From contig JBAYIY010000002.1 in assembly GCA_041665365.1 (NCBI GenBank), positions 2,178 to 66,177 of the forward strand: a stretch of 64,000 nucleotides of DNA, written 5' to 3'. Within the stretch, counting starts at the first letter, position 1; each line of letters starts with the position of its first letter. The stretch is from Patescibacteria group bacterium (lineage in GTDB: Bacteria; Patescibacteriota; Patescibacteriia; UBA9570). Of the stretch, positions 9,409-16,935 are shown piece by piece. Position numbers and translations under genes: made by a program. The notes beneath the pieces are model-generated. The model was not told where the DNA came from, did not search any database, and saw nothing but the letters and a program-made list of their open reading frames with translations.

Positions 9409-10032
9409 TCAGAAATTAAATGTAATAGTAGATATAATCAATTCAACTTGTTTTTTATCTTCTTGTTTAGTGTTATTTGATAATATTGTAAAGTGTGCAT
9501 CTACTAAAGGATAATTATTAACCCAATACTCACTACTAATATCAGAAAAGAGTTCAGTTCCAGATTTTCCTCCTATTATGACCATTTTTTGTTCTAACCC
9601 CGGAACGCCATGGTCAATGTTTCTTTCGGGAAAAATTGTAAGCAGTATTTCCCCTTCCTTTGCTACCTGAACAACAGATACTTTTTTTCCTGGTAAAATC
9701 TTTGACACCAGATCAGTTTCTTGAACAGTTACATTAATGCCCACTGGATATTTAAAACTAAACCCATATTCATCATTCGTGTATGTTAACCAATCACTTG
9801 TATCCACTTCACTCACCTGTTCTGTATTAGTATTCTCATTGGTTACTACACCATTGATATTGTCATTTGAGTCCGTAACAACTACGTTAGTATTATCGTT
9901 TGTTGTATTTGTGTTTACCGTAACTGCATTGGTATTTATATTTGTTTTTTGAGTAGTTGTACAACTAGAGCCAGCTAAAAGTAGTGTGCAGGCAACTAAA
10001 GTGGTTAGTAAAGATAGTTTAGTTTTAAACAT
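9409..10032 (-). CDS. Putative lipoprotein, PsbP-like, paralog A
   Basis: Signal peptide ending LLAGSSC, N/T-rich linker, WLTYTNDEYGFSFKYP motif. Confidence 0.75.
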   Translation of the reverse strand: MFKTKLSLLTTLVACTLLLAGSSCTTTQKTNINTNAVTVNTNTTNDNTNVVVTDSNDNINGVVTNENTNTEQVSEVDTSDWLTYTNDEYGFSFKYPVGINVTVQETDLVSKILPGKKVSVVQVAKEGEILLTIFPERNIDHGVPGLEQKMVIIGGKSGTELFSDISSEYWVNNYPLVDAHFTILSNNTKQEDKKQVELIISTITFNF

Positions 10033-10356
10033 AAATTTAGAGTTAATAATAGTCTATATACTTGTACTATGGTCATAGAATGTTATTTAGTGCAATGAGT
10101 ATTCAGCGACGGCGTTAACTATAAAAAACTCAATTTGAGCCTAACATTAGATAAAATAAATAACAGGCGCATGTGGATAACATTTTTTAGCGACGGCTCT
10201 AAGATACTAATCATGAGGAGACGGATGTACCGTTCCATTGAGAGACTCCTGGATTGTGAAGGAACGACTCTAGTCAAGAATATTCCTGAGCTAGCTGTAC
10301 TCCTTCATATTCGTTAGAAATTGTATGAAGGAGTATGTGCTAAATCAAGAAGTAAA
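10030..10356. repeat. Duplicated inter-cassette unit (leader, motif pair, M23 5' fragment, hairpin)
   Basis: Homologous to 11101-11432. Motifs at 10106 and 10190, DnaA box 10172-10180, TACTCCTTCATA/TATGAAGGAGTA hairpin at 10298-10335. Confidence 0.9.
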
Positions 10357-10404
10357 ATTTCATTGTTCTAGTAAATTTCTGTGATTTATAAGTCATAAGG
10401 TCGT

Positions 10405-11103
10405 TTAAAATGTTAATGAATCTGCTACTTGTAAGAGGTCATCACTTATAGAAACATCTCCACTGATTGTTAAATTATTTTGTTTATCATTATAATTTGG
10501 TATCAATATATGTAGTGTATTAATTTTACTGCCATCAAAATCTGATATATCCTCAGTAACCTTAAGAGCAGGTTTGGTTCCGATAGTTATTTTCTCGACC
10601 GTCATTGTATTAGTTAGATTTCTATGTAGATCTTGCGCCAACTGATCATTTGTTTTTGTAAAATCAACTTTTGTGTAATCGAACCAACTGTTTGCATCAG
10701 ACGCATTTATAGTTTCTAAGCTATTACTTGATATCACCAAACGAGGGTTGCCAATTATGTCTTGCTTAAAATTATTTTCATCTCTAAAATTAATTGTCAA
10801 AAGAAATGGCACAGTATCACCTATCGAAACTTGCACGCTGCCCCACTCTTTTGGATACTTAAAACTAAACCCATATTCATCATTGGTATAAGTTTGCCAA
10901 TCACTAGTATCAATACCACTAACCTGCTCTACATTAGTATTGTCATTACTAACATTATCATTGGTGTTAGTTACAGCTTCAGTATTCACGTTATCGTTAA
11001 TAGTATTTGTATTTGTTTTTTGAGTAGTTGTACAACTAGAACCGACTAAAAGTAGTGTGCTGGCAGCGAAGGTGATTAGTAAAGCTAGTTTAGTTTGAAT
11101 CAT
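10405..11103 (-). CDS. Putative lipoprotein, PsbP-like, paralog B
   Basis: N-terminus (MIQTKLALL..GSSCTTTQKTN) and WQTYTNDEYGFSFKYP match paralog A; the C-terminal half diverges. Start placed at 11103 by alignment with A. Confidence 0.75.
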   Translation of the reverse strand: MIQTKLALLITFAASTLLLVGSSCTTTQKTNTNTINDNVNTEAVTNTNDNVSNDNTNVEQVSGIDTSDWQTYTNDEYGFSFKYPKEWGSVQVSIGDTVPFLLTINFRDENNFKQDIIGNPRLVISSNSLETINASDANSWFDYTKVDFTKTNDQLAQDLHRNLTNTMTVEKITIGTKPALKVTEDISDFDGSKINTLHILIPNYNDKQNNLTISGDVSISDDLLQVADSLTF

Positions 11104-11432
11104 AAATTTAGAATTAAATAAATATAGTCTATATACCTGTACTATGGTCATAGAATGTTAGTTAGTGCAATAAGTAACTAACGACGGCGCTAACACTAAA
11201 AAGCTCAATTTTAGCCTAACATTAGGTAAAATAAAATACAAATGTGTGTGGATAACATTTTTCAGCGACGGCTCAAAGAGGCTGATCATGAGGAGGCGGA
11301 TGTACCGTTCCATTGGAAGACTCCTGGATTGTGAAGGAACGACTCTAGTCAAGAAGATTCCTGAGCTAGCTGTACTCCTTCATATTCATTATAAATTGTA
11401 TGAAGGAGTATGTGCTAAATCAAGAAGTAAAA
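11101..11432. repeat. Duplicated inter-cassette unit, second copy
   Basis: Motifs at 11181 and 11265, DnaA box 11247-11255. 11276-11370 is identical to 9276-9370. Confidence 0.9.
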
Positions 11433-11509
11433 CCTATTAGACACACAATTTTGTTTTAATGATTATATGATTTAATTAGTTATTGATTTATTATTCTGTC
11501 TAATATTAT

Positions 11510-12265
11510 TTATAATGGTTTAGGAATTCCACGTATGATTTTTCTATTAACAGCAATGGAATGATTTTGAATATAAACAAGTAATTGATCATTAGACATA
11601 TACGTTAACTCGTCAATCTCATTAATATCTGGAATGAAATATAACTCACCATCGCTTTCGACGGCCATAATAACCCGTCCTATTAATCGTTGTTGTAAAT
11701 CCTCATATAGCTCCTCATGACCACTAATAATACTACTACAGGTAGGCCCTTCTCCAAAATCTAGGCATGCTAAAGCCTGAATATCTAAATTAGATGCCGG
11801 TGTAACACGAAAATCACCAACAGCTGCTGCTTCCAAAAAAGCAGAATATATGTTTTTTGAACTCAACTTTTGTTTAAAACCGTCTGCTATCCAGTAATAC
11901 CTGTTTTTTACTTTATAAAACCCATCTGGTAAATATCTATTGATTATCGGTAAACCGTTGGCAGTATTTATCCAATACATTTTACCAGAGTGTTGTGCGC
12001 GTAAAATAACTTTTCCTTCTAAGATATTAAGTATGGGATCACAAAGTCTACCTAGCGGAGTTGTGACAGCATCACTGGGTACATTTTCGTTTGCAGTGTA
12101 ACAATGACTATTCAATAATTCTTTATAAACAGATTCACTAACACCAATAATATTAGGGGTAAGATTCACCACGGTCATAGCGTTTGTTAAAGACGGTAGT
12201 ACCAACGTAAGTACTAATAAACTAACAACTATAGTAGAGATAGTTATGTGTTTAGATCTAGTCAT
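11510..12265 (-). CDS. Hypothetical secreted protein with an internal repeat
   Basis: Signal peptide; repeated motif LEGKVILRAQHSGKMYWI / LIGRVIMAVESDGELYFI. Confidence 0.7.
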   Translation of the reverse strand: MTRSKHITISTIVVSLLVLTLVLPSLTNAMTVVNLTPNIIGVSESVYKELLNSHCYTANENVPSDAVTTPLGRLCDPILNILEGKVILRAQHSGKMYWINTANGLPIINRYLPDGFYKVKNRYYWIADGFKQKLSSKNIYSAFLEAAAVGDFRVTPASNLDIQALACLDFGEGPTCSSIISGHEELYEDLQQRLIGRVIMAVESDGELYFIPDINEIDELTYMSNDQLLVYIQNHSIAVNRKIIRGIPKPL

Positions 12266-12410
12266 AAATTTAGAGTTAATAATAGTCTATATACTTGTAT
12301 ATATGGTCATAGAATGTTAGTTAGCGCAATAAGTATCCGGCGACGGCTCAATTGTCTATCATTACCCCCCACGTTTTAACGTATGCCCGCCTGCCGATAG
12401 GCAGGGGTTA
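12263..12410. repeat. Third leader copy, single hybrid motif and interrupted hairpin
   Basis: 12263-12349 matches 10030-10115. GCGACGGCTC at 12340; its downstream flank resembles 4701-4740. Confidence 0.8.
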
Positions 12411-12992
12411 TTTTTTTGTGGTGTGGTCGTCTACTTCATGTAAGGCTATACCTCGTTCCTGAAAAATTCTATCTCTAATGATGAGACCTAAAATTGGATA
12501 AATCTCAAGCATGTTCATACCAATAGAAAAAGCGTGAGTTTTTATCTCATTTTGTTCGTCAAGCGTGAATATTTTATCAAAATTATTTCCAGCTACATCT
12601 AGTGCTACTGTTTGAATGTCGTAAGGATTCGTGGGAGCCTTACTTTCGACTGCTTGTTTAATATCCGTCCAATGATTGTTTACTTTTACTTCAGCCGATA
12701 TGGCTTGAGCAATTTCTGCTCCTTTGGTGGTTAAACTAATTGGGCTATGGGATTTAATGGTACTTAAGTGTGCTTGATAAAGTAGATCTGAAGTAGCCTG
12801 AATTTTTGCTATATTTGAATTTATTGCATCAATTTTTACATCAAATTTGTCACTCTTTCCCTCAAAATCTTTATATGCCTTCACCCAACCACCACTTTTA
12901 TAAGCTAGCCAAAAAGTTAGTATTAAAATAAGAACAAGCACGAATACGGCACTATTTAACTGTTGAATTAAAGCTAGAAATATTGCTTCCAT
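12408..12992 (-). CDS. Hypothetical membrane-anchored coiled-coil protein
   Basis: One N-terminal TM helix followed by a coiled-coil-like segment. Confidence 0.7.
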   Translation of the reverse strand: MEAIFLALIQQLNSAVFVLVLILILTFWLAYKSGGWVKAYKDFEGKSDKFDVKIDAINSNIAKIQATSDLLYQAHLSTIKSHSPISLTTKGAEIAQAISAEVKVNNHWTDIKQAVESKAPTNPYDIQTVALDVAGNNFDKIFTLDEQNEIKTHAFSIGMNMLEIYPILGLIIRDRIFQERGIALHEVDDHTTKK

Positions 12993-13025
12993 AAATATTA
13001 GTATATCATTTTTGTAACTAAATTG

Positions 13026-13529
13026 CTACCCAGCGAATGGTTCTAAACTCAAAATATTTTTTGCTTCCTGGGGTGAAAACACTTTTTTATCTTTGAGTAA
13101 ATTTACCACCGCCACTGTTTTCTTATCTTCCTTCCGTAAAATGTTGATGATATTACCTTCCATGGTACTAAGTCTAATATCCAAATAAGACTTAGTAACC
13201 ATCTGGGTTTTAAACTCAGCTAAATCAATTTTTGTGGCCATGCTGGACTCAATAGTATCAAAACGTTTATCGATGTCAGCAAAACGCTTATCTATATCCA
13301 TGAATCGTTTATTGATATCAACAAAATGTTTATCAATATTTACAAAATGATCATCAATACCAATAAATCTTTGTTCATTTTGAATGGACATATTGGTTAC
13401 TGCTGTCATGAACTCCTGGAGGGTTGTTTGAATATTATCCACGCTGGTTTGAATATTATCCACGCTGGTTTTAACTCCCTCAAGAGTTACTTTATTTGTA
13501 TGGGGTGTTTTTGTCATAGAATTGTGCAT
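13026..13529 (-). CDS. Heptad-repeat coiled-coil protein (IDKRF repeats)
   Basis: Five IDxxFxx heptads and a 21-nt tandem DNA repeat encoding SVDNIQT twice; ATKIDL and VTKSYLD motifs. Confidence 0.75.
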   Translation of the reverse strand: MHNSMTKTPHTNKVTLEGVKTSVDNIQTSVDNIQTTLQEFMTAVTNMSIQNEQRFIGIDDHFVNIDKHFVDINKRFMDIDKRFADIDKRFDTIESSMATKIDLAEFKTQMVTKSYLDIRLSTMEGNIINILRKEDKKTVAVVNLLKDKKVFSPQEAKNILSLEPFAG

Positions 13530-13568
13530 GTGATACTAGCATTATTAATAAATATTTTCAATTTAGCG

Positions 13569-13674
13569 CTTTCGCTGCCCATCGTGATCAAATATAGCTT
13601 GAGGCATGAGTTATATTTGCAGCACGATGGGGCATTGCTTGGGCGTCTTGGTCAACCAATGCACACAGCGAAAG
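13569..13674 (+). ncRNA. Candidate structured element (three-way junction)
   Basis: CTTTCGCTG/CAGCGAAAG closes CCCATCGTG..CAAATATAGCT/AGTTATATTTG..CACGATGGG and GCATTG/CAATGC. G-U pairs favour the plus strand. Confidence 0.5.
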
Positions 13675-13714
13675 ACTGAGATCATTTTAGAGAAATAAAC
13701 TTTATACACAAGGG

Positions 13715-13829
13715 CTTTTCCGCGACGGCGCAAATACAAAAAATCAGTAAAATCACAAAATTATCCAAATTAATTGTTAATTATATAAAAAAATACCTTG
13801 TGTATAACTTTTTTTAGCGACGGCGCTAC
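13715..13829. repeat. GCGACGGCGC motif pair at the right edge of the accessory zone
   Basis: Motifs at 13722 and 13817; DnaA-box-like TGTGTATAA at 13799-13807, again 9 nt before the second motif. Confidence 0.8.
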
Positions 13830-13867
13830 ACTTGCATTATTTTTGAAAATAGTTAAGGATACATGAC

Positions 13868-14770
13868 ATGCGTGTTTTAGCTATCTACACAGGTGGTCTA
13901 CCCGGCAAAAATATAGTTGAACAATTACAACATTATTTTGAATTACAATTAGTGGCCACGGTGGATATTCATCTGTTTTCCAGTATTACCGGCGGTGATG
14001 TTCCCTATTCATTAAGTAGTGATCTTACCCAATATATTTACGATCATTATAATGACTACGATGGCTTTGTGGTTATTCATAGTATTGATAATGTTATCTA
14101 CAGCGCTAATTTAACCGCCTTCCAATTTAGTAATTTAGGTAAACCGATTGTTTTTACCGGTGCCACTTTATCAGAAGACTTTTTCTCTTTTCCGGGTCAT
14201 TTCTCCAATACTGAGCAATCGATGTATCGCGAAATGAGTTTGCGCACTAGTTTAGTTACCGCCGTCCAGTTAGCCACGCAAAACACCTCCGATGTTTCTA
14301 TTACCTATGGTTCACGCATTGTGAAGGCAGTGCGGGCTTGGGAAAATTTCACCACTTACAATGAATTGGATTTAGCTTCGATCCGGTTTGGTATCGAAGT
14401 AACAACGGCTGCTAGACCACGCAATGATCAACCACCCATTTTACGCTTAGGGTTTGACACTAATGTTTACATGGTGCCACGCCAACCTGAGGTTATCATC
14501 CCAACACCCAATACCTATCGTGCTATTTTGATGTATGCCCATCAAGATCGGGCGCTACCCAGCCAATTTAATATGCCAACTGATACTCCAGTTTTCTTGT
14601 TAGGCGGCTTAGGACATCAGAAGTTACCAAACAATGTGTTTGCCTTACCGCCGGTCACTCCGGTTACTGCCCTGAGTAAACTGATGGTGGGCTGCAAACA
14701 TTTTCCGACCACACCAGAACTAGTGGATTATATGCAGCATAATATTAACGGCGAAGGTGGTATTGTATGA
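13868..14770 (+). CDS. L-asparaginase-fold protein, probably catalytically inactive
   Basis: IYTGG, YDGFVVIH and KPIVFTGA are present, but TGGT reads TGGL and HGTDT reads HSIDN. Confidence 0.75.
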   Translation: MRVLAIYTGGLPGKNIVEQLQHYFELQLVATVDIHLFSSITGGDVPYSLSSDLTQYIYDHYNDYDGFVVIHSIDNVIYSANLTAFQFSNLGKPIVFTGATLSEDFFSFPGHFSNTEQSMYREMSLRTSLVTAVQLATQNTSDVSITYGSRIVKAVRAWENFTTYNELDLASIRFGIEVTTAARPRNDQPPILRLGFDTNVYMVPRQPEVIIPTPNTYRAILMYAHQDRALPSQFNMPTDTPVFLLGGLGHQKLPNNVFALPPVTPVTALSKLMVGCKHFPTTPELVDYMQHNINGEGGIV

Positions 14771-15309
14771 ACATTTACCTGGTAAACAACGCCCCCACCA
14801 ATATTGTCAGTTTGTTGCAACACAAAAATGTCAATATTTGGTCACGGACAACGGGTTTACCCAGTGTGATTACTGGCTTCTCCTGGAACGCTCTAGAACG
14901 AGTTGATGCGATTATTTTAGAAATTTCTTACCCATCAGATGAATTGCATTATATTCTGGCTCAAGCGATTGTTTTACAACGTCCCACGTTATGTTTATAT
15001 CCAAAAAATCGCGAGCCCCGTGAAATGTTACTACACTTACAAAAACCTAGTGTACCGAAATCAGTTGTCGCACGTAGTTACACTACCACTACCATCAGTG
15101 AAGTGATCGGTAAATTCCTACATAGTATCGATCATACTGTACAACTGGATCAAACCCCCAATATAAAATTTACTTTACGCTTAACTCCGGCCATTTCACA
15201 TTATCTAACTTGGCTAACTGAATTTAAAAATGTGAACAAAGCTGACTATTTAAGACAATTATTAAAAGATACGGCCGAGAAGGATAATGATTATCAGAAA
15301 TTAATGTAG
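14767..15309 (+). CDS. Degenerate nucleoside 2-deoxyribosyltransferase-like domain plus C-terminal ribbon-helix-helix
   Basis: DAIILEISYPS...RPTLCLY, then KFTLRLTPAISHYLTWL..NKADYLRQLL. ATGA overlap with the upstream gene. Confidence 0.65.
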   Translation: MNIYLVNNAPTNIVSLLQHKNVNIWSRTTGLPSVITGFSWNALERVDAIILEISYPSDELHYILAQAIVLQRPTLCLYPKNREPREMLLHLQKPSVPKSVVARSYTTTTISEVIGKFLHSIDHTVQLDQTPNIKFTLRLTPAISHYLTWLTEFKNVNKADYLRQLLKDTAEKDNDYQKLM

Positions 15310-15340
15310 AAATTTAATTAATGTCTAGACTTATCCACCA

Positions 15341-15368
15341 TTGACACCATCTGTCAGTGTGCTAATAT
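15341..15368 (+). promoter_or_regulatory. Sigma70-type promoter
   Basis: TTGACA-16 nt-TAATAT with TG extension; DnaA-box-like TTATCCACC at 15331. Confidence 0.7.
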
Positions 15369-15369
15369 G

Positions 15370-15730
15370 CCCGTAGGAAAACTGAGGCGTCCAAAATCTA
15401 GATAACACAAATAAGGAATTAATTTCTCTTGTGCTTATCTCTGGACACCTCAGTTTTCTTATAGGGACGTTTTTCTGGCACAGCCTCAATTTATTGAAGT
15501 TGTGCTGGAAAACACGCCTCTAGCTACCACTCCGATTATCCCCTTGTGTGGTAGTAATACAATTTATGGTGAAACCGAACACTTAGGCGGCGCTTTTTTC
15601 TAAGTGACTAAGGTAAACTTTTTACCCCAATTCGGATAACACCAGTCTGCTATCTCTATGGTAGATGTCATACACTCATTTACCATAGAGATAATAGATG
15701 TGCCAGATGTACAAACGCGTTTCATCATCT
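15370..15730 (+). ncRNA. Candidate large structured ncRNA or ssb leader
   Basis: Six consecutive stem domains starting right after the promoter; no meaningful ORF; G-U pairs favour the plus strand. Confidence 0.65.
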
Positions 15731-15773
15731 ACAGTAGCTTATCTTAATATTGTCTTAAACTAACATTAGTCTT

Positions 15774-16166
15774 ATGGATTTGAATCGCGTATCATTAATT
15801 GGTAATTTAGCTATGGAACCAGAACACAAAACTTTACCATCTGGTGCCAGTATTACTCGCACTAGTCTGGCTACTAGTTTTGCCTGGAAAGATAGTAAAA
15901 CTAAAGAGTTAAAAGAAAAAACCGATTTCCACACCATCATTGGTTGGAATAAACTAGGTGAACGAATTCACCAGTATCTAAAAAAAGGCGACCGCATTTA
16001 CGTGGAAGGCCGATTGGATCATCATTCTTACGAAGGAAAGGATGGCATCACGAAATATTTTACCAACATTATTGCCGAACAGTTAATTATGTTAGGCAAA
16101 GGTAAACGTGAAGTCACCACCACCGATGAACCAATTGTGACCGAACCGGTGACGGAACCGTTTTAA
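15774..16166 (+). CDS. ssb: Single-stranded DNA-binding protein, short form
   Basis: MDLNRVSLIGNL, KTDFH, YLKKGDRIYVEGRL; short acidic tail ending EPF. Confidence 0.95.
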   Translation: MDLNRVSLIGNLAMEPEHKTLPSGASITRTSLATSFAWKDSKTKELKEKTDFHTIIGWNKLGERIHQYLKKGDRIYVEGRLDHHSYEGKDGITKYFTNIIAEQLIMLGKGKREVTTTDEPIVTEPVTEPF

Positions 16167-16167
16167 T

Positions 16168-16215
16168 ATCACCCAATGTAGGGACATGCCATGGCATGTC
16201 CCTACATTGGGTGAT
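16168..16215. repeat. Perfect 48-bp palindrome with a GTAG-type REP core
   Basis: ATCACCCAATGTAGGGACATGCCA/TGGCATGTCCCTACATTGGGTGAT between convergent genes. Confidence 0.85.
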
Positions 16216-16233
16216 TGTCATACAAATTAATTA

Positions 16234-16935
16234 TCAAATAATGATTTCATCAATCCCCCGTACCGGTTCGCCTAACCATTTACCTCCGGCTTTGGTTACT
16301 TCCACCATATCTTCCAACCGGATCCCACCCCAACCAGGTTCATACACGCCAGGTTCATCAGTGATTACGTCACCTATTTGTAAGAGTCTTCTCCCCCGCC
16401 GACTCGGTGATAAAAACGGCGGTTGATGTATGGCTCGACCCACACCGTGCCCCAAACCATGAATGAATAATTTATCTAAGTGCTGGCTTTGTAAATATTG
16501 GCGCGCAACCTGATCTACTACATTTCCAGTCACACCCGGTTTGATTTTTTTGAAAGCTAACCGTTGGGCTTGTAGCACTGCATAAAAACGCGTGCGAAAT
16601 AAACTGGTGGGTGCACCCATAAAATAAGTTCGCGTCACATCACCCCGCATATGTTGGTATACTCCACCAGCATCAACCTTAACCATATCGCCCAACTGTA
16701 ATCGACGACTGGTTGGTTTATGATGCGGCTCAGCCGCTGAAGACCCAAAGGCCGCAATCACCGGAAAAGCGCGTTGCTCTGAGTAAGCTTCGGTTAATAA
16801 TCGGCCCATGCGCCAGGCTAATTGTTTTTCAGTTATCCCTATTACAATATAACGTGGTAAAAATCGAAACGCCCGATAAGTTATCCGTGCTACTTTCCGG
16901 CAGGCCGGTAGATTATAGCTTGGCCCACTTCCCAT
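16234..16935 (-). CDS. M24 Xaa-Pro peptidase, catalytic domain only
   Basis: PHH, VDAGG, GDVTRT, HGLGHGVG, EPGVY, GIRLED. Confidence 0.88.
   Translation of the reverse strand: MGSGPSYNLPACRKVARITYRAFRFLPRYIVIGITEKQLAWRMGRLLTEAYSEQRAFPVIAAFGSSAAEPHHKPTSRRLQLGDMVKVDAGGVYQHMRGDVTRTYFMGAPTSLFRTRFYAVLQAQRLAFKKIKPGVTGNVVDQVARQYLQSQHLDKLFIHGLGHGVGRAIHQPPFLSPSRRGRRLLQIGDVITDEPGVYEPGWGGIRLEDMVEVTKAGGKWLGEPVRGIDEIII

Noticed and set aside
10135-11440. Small ORFs 10135-10317, 11158-11352 and 11246-11440
   Set aside because: They arise from the duplicated non-coding unit and the M23 5' fragment.
13700-13810. Replication origin (three DnaA-box-like 9-mers and an AT-rich tract)
   Set aside because: No dnaA or dnaN nearby, no switch in gene strand bias, and the same box recurs in the other boundary repeats.
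4569-13829. Classical integron attC array
   Set aside because: Sites are direct repeats without the RYYYAAC...GTTRRRY long hairpin; the 4713 hairpin is too short; no intI in the window.
15370-15730. RNase P, tmRNA, SRP or 6S RNA
   Set aside because: No GAGGAAAGTCC, tRNA-like ends, tag ORF or SRP loop; too long and multi-hairpin for 6S. Not checked against Rfam.
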